From NCBI GenBank assembly GCA_963750165.1, contig CAVVPN010000011.1:1216001-1280000 (forward strand): a DNA stretch of 64,000 nucleotides, written 5' to 3'. Numbering within the stretch: the stretch's first letter is position 1; every line of letters begins with the position of its first letter. This document shows positions 34,334 through 43,388 of the stretch, in pieces. Position numbers and translations under genes: made by a program. The stretch is from an uncultured Gemmataceae bacterium (lineage in GTDB: Bacteria; Planctomycetota; Planctomycetia; Gemmatales; Gemmataceae). The notes beneath the pieces were generated by a model. It did not search any database, had not been told where the DNA came from, and saw only the letters and a list, made by a program, of their open reading frames with translations.

Positions 34334-36322
34334 ATGAGCAGTGTCCTGGTTCAGTCTCCGCCGCGCACACCGGAAGCCGTCCGCGAACCGTCGGCAACCA
34401 AGTACGAATACCCCGGCATCCCCACGACCTGCGACGGCGCCGAAGCCGTCGTCCACGTCGAAATCCACGTCGCCCAGGCCGCGGGTGCCTACCCGATTAC
34501 CAGCTCGACCACGATGGGCGGCGGCTTCAACGCCGCGGTCATGAATGGCGACAAGAACCTGTGGGGCGACGAGCTGATGTTCTTCGAGCCGGAGAGCGAG
34601 CACTCCGCCGCCACCGTCTGCGAGGGCTTCGCCGTCGCCGGCGGCCGCGTCACCAATTTCACTTCCGGCCAGGGCCTCGTGCTCATGAAGGAGGTGCTGT
34701 ACACGATCTCCGGCAAGCGGCTGCCGGTGATGATGAACATCGGCGCCCGGGCGCTGACCAGCCAGGGCCTGAACGTCCACGCCGGCCATGACGACGTGAT
34801 GTCCGTTGCGGATGTCGGCTGGGGCATGCTCTTCGCCCGCAACGCGCAGGAGGCCGGCGACTTCTGCCTGATCTCCCGCCGCGCCGCCGAGGCCACGCAG
34901 ACGCCGTTCTTCAACATCCAGGACGGCTTCCTGACGACGCACACCGTCGAGACGGTGCTGCTGACGGAGCCGGCGTTCATGAAGGAGTTCATCGGCAGTC
35001 CGAAGGAAAAGCTGATGAACCTGATGGACCCGGCCAACCCGATGATGTCCGGCGTCGTGCAGAACCAGGACTCGTACATGAAGGGCAAGATCGCCCAGCG
35101 CTGGTACTACGACCGTGTGGAACCGGCGCTGGAAGAGGCGTTCGAGCTGTTCGCGCAGAAGACCGGCCGGCAGTACGGCTTCGTGGAGGCGTACCGCTGT
35201 GAGGACGCGGAATACGTGCTGGTCGGCATGGGCTGCTACATGGAGACGGCCAAGGTGACGGCCGACTACCTGCGCTCGAAGGGCATCAAGGCGGGCGTGC
35301 TGACGGTGTTCGTCTTCCGGCCGTTCCCGGCTCGGCAGATTGTGGCGGCGCTGAAGGACTGCCAGGCGTTCACGGTGTTCGAGCGCATGGACGACCCGCT
35401 CTCGACGACCGGCAACCACCTGACGCGCGAGATCAAGGCGGCGTTCTGCGACGCGCTGAACGGCCAGAACGGTCAAACGCGGTTGGACCGCATTCCGAAG
35501 ATCCACCACGCAGCGGCCGGCCTGGGCAGTCGCGACGTGCGGCCCGGCGACGTGATCGCGGCGTTCAAGAACATGATGGACCCGTTCGGCATGGACTTCT
35601 TCTGCGTGGGCATCGACCACGCGCTGGCGCTGAAGGCGCCGGAGGACCCGGATCTGCGGCCGCGCGGCGGCTTCTCGATGCGCGGCCATTCGGTGGGCGG
35701 CTTCGGTTCGGTGACGACCAACAAGATCATCGCGACCATCGCCGGCAACGTCTTCGGCAAGGACGTGCAGGCGTACCCCAAGTACGGCTCCGAGAAGAAG
35801 GGCCTGCCGACGACGTATTATCTGACGATTGCCGACTCGCACATCATGCTGCACAGCGAACTGGAACACGTCGATCTGCTGTGCATCAACGACCCGACGG
35901 CGATCCTGAATCCGCTGACGCTGCACGGTCTGCAACCGGGCGGCATCGTGTTCATGCAGTCGCCGAACCCGGAGCCGGCCGAGGTGTGGAAGCGCATCCC
36001 GGCGCACGTGCAGAAGATCATCCGCGAGCGCAAGGTGCGCGTCTACTACGCGGACATGGTCAAGATTGCGCGCGAGCAGGCGACCCGCGCTGACCTGCAA
36101 ATGCGTATGCAGGGCATTGTGTTGCTGGGTGCGTTCCTGCGGCTGACGCCGTACGCGACCGAGAGCCAGATGGACGACACGCAGGTGTTCGCGGGCGTCG
36201 AGAAGGCGCTGCGCAAGTACTTCGGCAAGCAGGGCGAGCAGGTGGTGAAGGACAACCTGACCTGCGTGCGCCGCGGTTACAGTGAGATGAAGGAGATTCC
36301 GGCGGCGGTGATGGGCACATGA
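34334..36322 (+). CDS. 2-oxoacid:ferredoxin oxidoreductase, alpha+gamma part (NifJ/PFOR N-terminal half)
   Basis: AYPITSST; ESEHSAA; NFTSGQGL; HAGHDD; QDGFLTTH; GVVQNQDSY; VFRPFP; GGFGSVTTNK; YGSEKKGLPT. Ends without ferredoxin or TPP-binding domains. Confidence 0.92.
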   Translation: MSSVLVQSPPRTPEAVREPSATKYEYPGIPTTCDGAEAVVHVEIHVAQAAGAYPITSSTTMGGGFNAAVMNGDKNLWGDELMFFEPESEHSAATVCEGFAVAGGRVTNFTSGQGLVLMKEVLYTISGKRLPVMMNIGARALTSQGLNVHAGHDDVMSVADVGWGMLFARNAQEAGDFCLISRRAAEATQTPFFNIQDGFLTTHTVETVLLTEPAFMKEFIGSPKEKLMNLMDPANPMMSGVVQNQDSYMKGKIAQRWYYDRVEPALEEAFELFAQKTGRQYGFVEAYRCEDAEYVLVGMGCYMETAKVTADYLRSKGIKAGVLTVFVFRPFPARQIVAALKDCQAFTVFERMDDPLSTTGNHLTREIKAAFCDALNGQNGQTRLDRIPKIHHAAAGLGSRDVRPGDVIAAFKNMMDPFGMDFFCVGIDHALALKAPEDPDLRPRGGFSMRGHSVGGFGSVTTNKIIATIAGNVFGKDVQAYPKYGSEKKGLPTTYYLTIADSHIMLHSELEHVDLLCINDPTAILNPLTLHGLQPGGIVFMQSPNPEPAEVWKRIPAHVQKIIRERKVRVYYADMVKIAREQATRADLQMRMQGIVLLGAFLRLTPYATESQMDDTQVFAGVEKALRKYFGKQGEQVVKDNLTCVRRGYSEMKEIPAAVMGT

Positions 36323-36330
36323 CGGATAAC

Positions 36331-36588
36331 CGCAGCGGTCGTGTCTTTCGCCCCGAAGGGGCGGGACAACTTAGCCCCGGGCAACGCCCTGGGAACCAGG
36401 GAGGCGACTGTTACCCTGCTTTCTTCCGTGCCCTGAAGGGGCACCACAACAACGCTTGGGGTGCCCCTTCAGGGCACGGAAGAGAGCAGGTGGGGTCGCA
36501 TCGGCGTCCCCAGGGCGTTGCCCTGGGCTAAGTTGTCCCGCCCCTTCGGGGCGAAGAACCCGCCACACCCGAACGCAACGCGCTCTAG
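36331..36588. mobile_element. MITE/REP-cluster element with a long internal palindrome
   Basis: Arms cgccccgaaggggcgggacaacttagccc.gggcaacgccctggg and its reverse complement flank gtgccctgaaggggcacc / ggtgccccttcagggcac; ends in ...gaacgcaacgcgctctag. Confidence 0.8.
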
Positions 36589-36650
36589 AATTTTGTCCGG
36601 CAGGCCCTTGCTTGCCGAGTCGGGGGGAAAGGGGACATCCAGGTTTAATC

Positions 36651-36800
36651 ACGACACATTTTCGGGCGGCGGTTCCCTTTTTCTCGGTCGGCCCCGCGGC
36701 CGCAGCGAGGACTCCCCCCCAGCCGCGTCGCCATCACCTGCTCCCAACCGGGCGTCCCGTACGGCCGCCCCCGCTCCGCGGTGGGTGCCGGGACGGGCCG
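36651..36800 (-). pseudogene. C-terminal remnant of a Y1/REP-associated tyrosine transposase (copy A)
   Basis: RGRPYGTPGWEQVMATRLG/ESSLRPRGRPRKREPPPENVS*; about 100-bp direct repeat with 37693-37795. Confidence 0.65.
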
Positions 36801-36838
36801 CGGATCGCCACCGAAGGACAATCATGCCGCCCCTCTGC

Positions 36839-37180
36839 CTACGGGATCTCCAGCACTATCTTCAGGCACGCCTCGATCTGCCGCATCACTGCGTCCGACA
36901 ACGAACCGACGGTCTGCAGGACGAGCGACTGATCGAGGGTGAGAAGGTTCCAGCACGAGGCGTAGCAGACTTTGCTGAGCCCCGAGGCGGTTTCCGCGGC
37001 CGGGTCCAGCAGGACCTCCGTGCCGGGGATGCCGTGCCGGGTGCCCGTGATCTGAACGAACACCGTGTCGTCGATAAGTCCGTTGAGAAAATCGGCCTGC
37101 ACGACCACAGCCGGGCGCGTCTTGCTCCCCGTCCGGTCGCTGAAAGGCCAGTCCACTTCCACCACGTCGCCGCGATTCAT
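36839..37180 (-). CDS. mazF: Type II toxin, PemK/MazF family
   Basis: RGDVVEVDWPFSD..GSKTRPAVVVQ; SGL....SCWNLLT; GSLSDAVMRQIEACL. Confidence 0.92.
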   Translation of the reverse strand: MNRGDVVEVDWPFSDRTGSKTRPAVVVQADFLNGLIDDTVFVQITGTRHGIPGTEVLLDPAAETASGLSKVCYASCWNLLTLDQSLVLQTVGSLSDAVMRQIEACLKIVLEIP

Positions 37181-37371
37181 GGTTTGCGGATGAGGTCATC
37201 GTCGGCGGGATTGTCCCAGTTCCGTTTGAGCGCAGCCATCCACTTCTGCATGGCCTGGTACTGGTCCTTGGGGACCAGCACGAACTGCTCTTGGGTTTTT
37301 GGGTTGACCAGGAGGGGCAATTGCTCTGCCTGTTCGACGGCCAGCACTTGTTCTTCGGTTAATGCAATCAT
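37177..37371 (-). CDS. Putative antitoxin (64 aa)
   Basis: GAGGAG RBS; ATGA overlap with the toxin start; MIALTEEQ...VNPKTQEQFVLV...WDNPADD. Confidence 0.75.
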   Translation of the reverse strand: MIALTEEQVLAVEQAEQLPLLVNPKTQEQFVLVPKDQYQAMQKWMAALKRNWDNPADDDLIRKP

Positions 37372-37475
37372 GGCGTTCTCCTCGCTCCCGCATCTTATCG
37401 AGGTCGTTCGCGTGTTCGCTAGATCATTCGGACCCCCGGCGCACGAGGGTGGGGAGCTAACCCCATCTCCCACCC

Positions 37476-37688
37476 TTACGCCGAAGGCGTTGCATCATCT
37501 CGCACGCATCCTCTTGGGAAAAAAAGGGGGGAGAAAAACGGTTGGAGCATGACGCCCTCCGCGACCTCGGACAGCGTGGCGCCCTCCACGACCCGCAACT
37601 CGACCGTCTGACCGTCCACGGTCGCCCGGTACGTTATTCCGGGGCGGAGGTCCAACCCCCGGAGGGCTTCGACCAACAGAACACTCAC
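37476..37688 (-). CDS. Small hypothetical protein, possibly a truncated antitoxin-like gene
   Basis: GTGA overlap with the upstream transposase remnant; EALRGLDLRPG.TYRATVDG..VELRV, then decays into a homopolymer-rich tail. Confidence 0.45.
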   Translation of the reverse strand: MSVLLVEALRGLDLRPGITYRATVDGQTVELRVVEGATLSEVAEGVMLQPFFSPLFFPRGCVRDDATPSA

Positions 37689-37900
37689 GGCGCATTTTCG
37701 GGCGGCGTTTCCCTTTTTCTCGGTCGGCCCCGCAACCGCAGCGAGGACTCCACTCCCAACCGCGTCGCCATCACCTCCTGCCAGCCGGGCGTCCCCGCGC
37801 CGCGCTCACCCGCAGTTGCTCCAACTCCGCCGCGCTCACCGGCGCGTTCACCCACTCCGCCCAGCACGCGGGCCGCGGCACCGGGCCTTCGCGCCAGTAA
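37685..37900 (-). pseudogene. C-terminal remnant of a Y1/REP-associated tyrosine transposase (copy B)
   Basis: GPVPRPACWAEWVNAPVSAAELEQLRVSAAR / GTPGWQEVMATRLGVESSLRLRGRPRK across two frames. Confidence 0.7.
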
Positions 37901-37954
37901 CCGGGCTTCGTCGCCCCTCCCACCAGGCAAGCCAGACTCGACCAGGCCCAAGCA

Positions 37955-38039
37955 ACATAGAGGACACGGAGAGGAAAAGAGGGGACCAATTCTGTCCTCC
38001 TCTTTTCCTCTCTGTGTCCTCTGTGTCCTCTGTGGCTAA
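37955..38039. repeat. Palindrome with 9-nt subrepeats (CACAGAGGA type), left arm truncated
   Basis: acatagaggacacggagaggaaaagagg ... cctcttttcctctctgtgtcctctgtgtcctctgtggctaa. Confidence 0.85.
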
Positions 38040-38063
38040 TGCTTTTCTGAGCGTGTCAAGTTG

Positions 38064-39359
38064 TTAGCGCCCTCGCAGGTCGTAGCACAGCAGCACGTCG
38101 TTGCCGCGCACATACAGCCGGCCGTTGGCGATCACCAGATGCGCCCAGCTCGGCGTGCCGGTGTAGTTCGGCAGCTGGAACGAACTAATCAGGTGGTAAC
38201 CGCGCGGCGTCGCCTCCACCAGCGCCATCACGCCGTTCTCGAAGCGATAGTAAAGCTTCCCATCGGCGTAGAGCACTGTGGACGAACCCGTGCCGGGACC
38301 GCGCACCGGCCCCCACTTGAACGTGCCTGCCTTCACGTCCAGGCAGAACGGCATGCCGTTGTTGTGACCGTGGCCGCCGTACAGGTAGTCGCCCACCAGC
38401 ACCATGCCGCCGTGGTGGTTCTGCAACTTGTTGCCCTTGAGGAAATACTCCTCCTGGACCGTGACACCGCCGTCGCCCGTCGGCACCATCCGCAGCAGCG
38501 CCGCGCCGGTGCCGTAGCCGGTGGACGTGAACACCAGGTCGCCCTTGACGATCGCCGTCGGGATGTTGGCGGTGCCGTTGGCGATGCGCTCGTAACACCA
38601 CAGCATCTTCCCATCGCGGGCGCGGACGCTCACCAGCCCCTTCCTGAACAGGGTCACATACTGCCGGACGCCGCCAACCTCCGCCACCACAACCGAGGCG
38701 TAGCCCGCGCCGCCGCAGTTCGGCATCTTCGCCTTCCAGATCACCTCACCGTTGCGCTTGTCCAGCGCCACCAGCGCCGCGTCGTCGCCGCCCGGCGTGA
38801 CGATCAACCGATCACCGTCCACCAGCGGCGATTCACTGTAGTCCCAGCCGGACATCATGCGACCGCCCAGATCCTTCTTGAAACTCTTGCGCCAGCGCAC
38901 TGAACCGCTGGCCGCGTCCAGGCAGACCAGCTCGCCCTGCCGGCTCAGCGCGAACACACGGTCGCCGTCCACCGTCGGCGTCGAGCGCGGGCCATCGCCC
39001 TGGCCCTGGGCGATCCGCGTCGCCCACAATTCCCGGCCGCTGGCCTCGTCCAGCGCGAACACCAGATCGTCCTTGCCGCGGTCGCCGATCGTGAAGATGC
39101 GGCCGCCGGCGACGGACACGCTGGAGTAACCGCGACCGACGCCCTTGCCCTTGTTGATGGTTTTGGAATTCCAGAGCAGTCGGGGGCCGTCCTGGGGCCA
39201 TTCGCGGAGCAGGCCGGTTTCGAGGGAGCGGTTGTCACGGTTGGGACCGCGGAACTGCGGCCAGGCGCGGGCGGTGTCGTTGACTTGCCGGTCCTGCGCC
39301 GCGGCGGGGATGGCCCCGGCCAGCAGCGCCGCCAGCACGGCAGCGATGCACGATTTCAT
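38064..39359 (-). CDS. Secreted PQQ-binding-like beta-propeller protein (BamB-like)
   Basis: WPQFRGPNRD; GYSSVSV; GPRSTPTVDGD; WDYSESPLVDG; NHHGG; WAHLVIANGRLYVR. Confidence 0.92.
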   Translation of the reverse strand: MKSCIAAVLAALLAGAIPAAAQDRQVNDTARAWPQFRGPNRDNRSLETGLLREWPQDGPRLLWNSKTINKGKGVGRGYSSVSVAGGRIFTIGDRGKDDLVFALDEASGRELWATRIAQGQGDGPRSTPTVDGDRVFALSRQGELVCLDAASGSVRWRKSFKKDLGGRMMSGWDYSESPLVDGDRLIVTPGGDDAALVALDKRNGEVIWKAKMPNCGGAGYASVVVAEVGGVRQYVTLFRKGLVSVRARDGKMLWCYERIANGTANIPTAIVKGDLVFTSTGYGTGAALLRMVPTGDGGVTVQEEYFLKGNKLQNHHGGMVLVGDYLYGGHGHNNGMPFCLDVKAGTFKWGPVRGPGTGSSTVLYADGKLYYRFENGVMALVEATPRGYHLISSFQLPNYTGTPSWAHLVIANGRLYVRGNDVLLCYDLRGR

Positions 39360-39567
39360 GCAAGGACTCCAACGGGGGTGGGATAAAACGCGTTCTGGGG
39401 TAGGTCTTCCTTCACGGCGGGGAAACCGGGCGGGAGGGCGCAGCGTAGTTGGTATTGAGTGTAATACATCACTCCGCGGAGAACAAGGGGGTGTCGGCGC
39501 GGCGCGAGGGTTACAATCGTCGCGGGCGTCCGGTGGTCAGGACCGCCCGCCGGGCACTTTCGGATTG

Positions 39568-39646
39568 CCAGGCGCAACGGAACCCCGTGTACGTTTCGCG
39601 CGGACTCTGATCGTGCGAAACGCAAACGGGGTTCCGTTGCGCCCGG
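39568..39646. repeat. Long palindromic element related to the outer element at 31013-31178
   Basis: ggcgcaacggaaccccgt..gtttcgcgcggactctgatcgtgcgaaac..acggggttccgttgcgcc. Confidence 0.7.
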
Positions 39647-39732
39647 CGCGCGTGGCCGCCGTGGGGCGCCGGGCTATATTAACCTCCAACCTCTGCCTCC
39701 CTCCTGCTCGCCCTGTCCCCGGAGCCGCCGCC

Positions 39733-39975
39733 ATGACGCCGTTTCGGCTGGCCTGCCTCTGCGTCGCCCTCGCCGCGCCGGCGACCGCCCAGCAGCCCGT
39801 CCCCGACACGACCGTCATTGCCGAAGCCGAGGAATTCAAGGTACAGGGTCAGGGCGGTTGGCGGCCCGGCGTCTGGGGCGAGAACTATTATTGTGCCACC
39901 TTCGCCAACTCGTTCCTGAGCCGCAAGGCGTTCGCTGGACCTGGACGTGGCGGACGCCTTGTTTTGCGGAACTGA
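39733..39975 (+). pseudogene. Remnant of a large secreted protein gene (N-terminus fused to extreme C-terminus)
   Basis: Signal peptide plus VIAEAEEF...WGENYYCATFANSFLSRKAF, immediately followed out of frame by LDLDVADAL/VLRN*. Confidence 0.55.
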
Positions 39976-40006
39976 CGGGTGTTAACTTTTCTCAGAGGGG
40001 GTTGCC

Positions 40007-40766
40007 ATGAAGATGCGTTTCGGACTGGTGGCGTTGTTGACGGCGGGCCTGGTGCTGACGGCGCAGGGCGCCGCAGGGCCAGGGCGACAAGAACCCGGCG
40101 ACGACGCCGGCGCCACGGATGGGCAAGGGCGACAAGCCGGACGTGAACTGGATCAAGCGGCACAACGGCTTCACGGAAGCCATCGCCAAGAACGGCAAGG
40201 ACGCGGAGTTGCTGTTCCTGGGTGACTCGATCACCGACGCCTGGCGCGGCAAGGCGGCGCAGCCGACCTGGAACAAGTATTTCGCGCCGTACAAGGCCCT
40301 CAACTTCGGCATCGGCGGCGACCGCACGCAGCACGTGCTCTGGCGGTTGCAGCACGGCGAACTGGAAGGCTTCCGGCCGAAGGTCGCGGTGCTGATGATC
40401 GGAACGAACAACACCGGCAGCGACAGCGCCGAGCAGATCGCGGCCGGCGTCACCGCCATCGTCAAGGAGATTCACAAGCAGTCGCCGAACACGAAGGTGC
40501 TGCTGCTGGCCATCTTCCCGCGCGGCCCCAAGGCCGGCAACCCGCAGCGCAAGAAGATCGAGCAGATCAATAACATCATCTCGAAGCTCGACAACGGCCG
40601 GACCATCAAGTACCTGGACATCGGCCAGAAGTTCCTCAAGGACGACGGCGCCTTGACCAAGGACATCATGCCGGACTACCTGCACCTGAGCGCCGAGGGC
40701 TACCGCATCTGGGGCGAAGCCATCGCGCCGACGGTCGCGGCCATGATGAAGGGCACCGCGAAGTAA
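40007..40766 (+). CDS. Secreted SGNH/GDSL hydrolase (PAF-acetylhydrolase-like), frameshift near 40077
   Basis: FLGDSIT; NFGIGGDRTQ; MIGTNN; MPDYLHLS. The signal peptide is in a different frame from the catalytic domain. Confidence 0.9.
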
Positions 40767-40792
40767 CCGAACTCAACGACTGGAGGGCTCGC

Positions 40793-41170
40793 ATGTTCCG
40801 TCTCATTCCCGTGCTGACCCTGGCCGCGGGCGCGGCGCTGGCGCTGTCCAGCGCGGCGCAGGACGGCGCCAAGGTGGACATCCGCGGCAAGGTGACGAAG
40901 TTCACCGCCGCCAAGCCCAACAGCGCCGGCATCCTCGCCTCCATGATGGTCGAGGGCAAGAAGCTGAACACCAACTACGACAAGGCGCTGGTGCGCATCA
41001 CCGCCAAAACGAAGATCATGAAGCTCATCCTCCGGGAGCGCCAGCCCGCCAAACTCGAAGACCTCAAGGAAGGCGTGGTCGTGGAGGCGAAGTTCACCGG
41101 CCCGGTGGCTCAGTCCTACCCGGTGCAGGCGACGGCCGCCGAGATCCTGATTCACCCGAAGCTGAAATAA
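40793..41170 (+). CDS. Small secreted OB-fold-like protein (DUF3221/YobA-like)
   Basis: Signal peptide; DIRGKVT; YDKALVRIT..TKI; VEAKFTGPVAQSYPVQATA. Confidence 0.7.
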   Translation: MFRLIPVLTLAAGAALALSSAAQDGAKVDIRGKVTKFTAAKPNSAGILASMMVEGKKLNTNYDKALVRITAKTKIMKLILRERQPAKLEDLKEGVVVEAKFTGPVAQSYPVQATAAEILIHPKLK

Positions 41171-41339
41171 CGCCGGCCGCATGACAAACGCCCGGGGGCG
41201 AGGGTAGAATCAATCCGGTGTCGCCGGGTTGGTGTTCCCTCGCCCCCCTGCTGTTCGTAGCGAGGCTGGACATGAGCGCCGGGCCGGTCCTGACCGTCAC
41301 GACGAAGGCCAGGTGGTGCGGTTGTGAGCGGCGCTGGCG

Positions 41340-42188
41340 TTACTCGCCGCGTTCGACTCGATTGATCAGTACGCCGATGCCGCTGATTTCGATGCTCACC
41401 AGATCGTCCGCGGCCAGCGAAAAATCGTCCGGCGGCACGATGCCGGTGCCGGTCAGCAGGATGACGCCGTGCGGAAAACTGTTGTCCTTGCCCAGCCAGG
41501 CGATCAGGTCGTCCAGCGGCCGGGCCATCTCCGCCAGCTTCGTGGCGCCGTCGAAAACGGTCTTGCCGAAGCGCTCGATGCGCAGGCGAATGGCGACCTC
41601 CGGCAGCGGTGGCATGGCCTCGCGCAGCGTCACCACCGGGCCGAGGGCACAGCACTGGTCGTAAACCTTCGCCTGCGGCAGGTACAGCGGATTCTCGCCC
41701 TCGATGTCGCGGGCGCTCATGTCGTTGCCGACGGTGAAGCCGACCAGCCGCAGCCGTGGCGTCAGCACCAGCGCCAGCTCCGGCTCCGGCACGCTCCATT
41801 TGCTGTCACGGCGAACGCGTACGCGCCCGCCCGAGCCCACGACGCGGTGCGGCGTCGCCTTGAGGAACAGCTCCGGCCGCGGTGCGCTGTACACCTTGTC
41901 GTAAAAGCTGGCGGCGCCCTGCGACTCGCGCTCGCGGGCCTCCTGGCTGCGCTTGTAGGTGACGCCCGCGGCCCAGACTTCCTGACGGTCGATGGGCGGC
42001 AGCAGCGTCACCTCGCTCAGCGGCAGCGATCCGGCCTCGTCATCAATCAGTTCGCGGGCGATACTCCGCGGGTCGTCGGCGTGTAGCACGTCGCTGAGCG
42101 AGCGCAGGTCGAGCAAGCGGACGTGGCTGTCCGCGACGACGCCGACTCGCACCTCGCCCGTCTCCAGCTGGGCCTTGCACAGTTGCAT
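41340..42188 (-). CDS. Fumarylacetoacetate hydrolase family protein (2-keto-3-deoxy-pentonate dehydratase-like)
   Basis: QEVWAAGVTYKRS; RPELFLKA; VPEPELAL; GNDMSARDIEGENPLYLPQAK; LLTGTGIVP. Confidence 0.9.
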   Translation of the reverse strand: MQLCKAQLETGEVRVGVVADSHVRLLDLRSLSDVLHADDPRSIARELIDDEAGSLPLSEVTLLPPIDRQEVWAAGVTYKRSQEARERESQGAASFYDKVYSAPRPELFLKATPHRVVGSGGRVRVRRDSKWSVPEPELALVLTPRLRLVGFTVGNDMSARDIEGENPLYLPQAKVYDQCCALGPVVTLREAMPPLPEVAIRLRIERFGKTVFDGATKLAEMARPLDDLIAWLGKDNSFPHGVILLTGTGIVPPDDFSLAADDLVSIEISGIGVLINRVERGE

Positions 42189-42215
42189 GGCTGCGTCCTC
42201 CCGGTCAAATGGGGA

Positions 42216-42279
42216 CCGTCCGAGCCCGAGCGCCAGCGCGGGGCAGCGCTGTCCCGCGCTGGCGCTCGGGCTCGGACGG
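42216..42279. repeat. Palindromic REP-like element
   Basis: ccgtccgagcccgagcgccagcgcggg ... cccgcgctggcgctcgggctcggacgg. Confidence 0.8.
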
Positions 42280-42285
42280 GACATG

Positions 42286-43281
42286 TCACAGCGTCACGAC
42301 CACCTTGCCCGTCAGCGTGCCCGCCTTGTGCAGCGTGTTCTCCTCCAGCAGCCGATGCGCCGCGGCCGTCTCCGCCAGCGGAAAGGTACGGCCGATGACC
42401 ACGCGCAGTTGCTTCTCCGCCAGCCAGCGGTTGATGTCCTCGGCAGCGCGGCGCTGCTCGTCCGGCGTGGCATTGAACATGGCGAAGCCGAACAGCGACA
42501 GGTCCTTCGGGTAGAACTGGCCCAGCGGAAAGATCGGCTGCGCCTGCCGCCCGGCCATGACGATCATGCGGCCGCGCCGCGCCAGCAGCGGCAGCGTCTT
42601 GACGAAGTCCGGCTCGCGCTGCGTCTCGTACCAAACGTTGACGCCCTGCTCCTTCGTGACCTGGCGAACCGCCGCAGGCACGTCATCGGTCCTGTAGTTG
42701 AGCACGTGCTCGATGCCCCAGCTCTTGCACAGGGCCGCCTTGTCCGTGGAGCCGACCGTGGTGATCGCGTGGGCGCCGACCGCCTTTGCCATCTGCACGA
42801 CCATCGAGCCGACGCCGCCGGTGCCGCCGTTGACGAACACCCATTCGCCCGGCTGCAAGCGGGCGCACTGGAACAGCCCCAGGTGTGCCGTGATGCCGGT
42901 GAGTGCCGCCGCCGCCGCGTCCGCATCGGCGACGCCCGCTGGCGTCGGATACAGGTAATCCTCGCTGACGCAGGCGAACTCCGCACAGGTGCCCTGGCGG
43001 CCGAGCAGACCCTGGTTGCTGCCCCAGACGCGATCACCCGCCTTGAAGCGCCGCGCCTGCGGCCCGACCGCCGTGACGGTGCCGGCCAGGTCGCTGCCGG
43101 TGACGAACGGCTTCGGCAGCGTCATGGCAACGTTGCCGGCGCGGACGTAGGTGTCGATCGGGTTGAGCGCCGCGGCGGCGACCTTGACCAGCACCTCGTT
43201 GCCCTGCGGCGTCGGCGTCGGCAGTTCGCCGATCTTGATGACGTCCGGCGGCCCGGTCTGCTCCAGGAATGCGGCCTTCAT
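42286..43281 (-). CDS. NADPH:quinone reductase (zeta-crystallin/MDR family)
   Basis: LNPIDTYVRAG; GSDLAG; VNGGTGGVGS; FPLAETAAAH; GKVVV. Confidence 0.93.
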   Translation of the reverse strand: MKAAFLEQTGPPDVIKIGELPTPTPQGNEVLVKVAAAALNPIDTYVRAGNVAMTLPKPFVTGSDLAGTVTAVGPQARRFKAGDRVWGSNQGLLGRQGTCAEFACVSEDYLYPTPAGVADADAAAAALTGITAHLGLFQCARLQPGEWVFVNGGTGGVGSMVVQMAKAVGAHAITTVGSTDKAALCKSWGIEHVLNYRTDDVPAAVRQVTKEQGVNVWYETQREPDFVKTLPLLARRGRMIVMAGRQAQPIFPLGQFYPKDLSLFGFAMFNATPDEQRRAAEDINRWLAEKQLRVVIGRTFPLAETAAAHRLLEENTLHKAGTLTGKVVVTL

Positions 43282-43388
43282 CGCGTGTCCCCCTTGGTCG
43301 CGGTGCGAGCGGACAGGGGTAGTTGTACAAACGCCAACGGGGAACGCCATGAGGCGCCCCCCGTTGCCGTGGTCGTGCCAGCCGGCCG

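Noticed and set aside
36651..37900. Integron cassette array (TA genes between repeats)
   Set aside because: The repeats lack attC RYYYAAC/GTTRRRY ends, translate as transposase tails, and no integrase is present.
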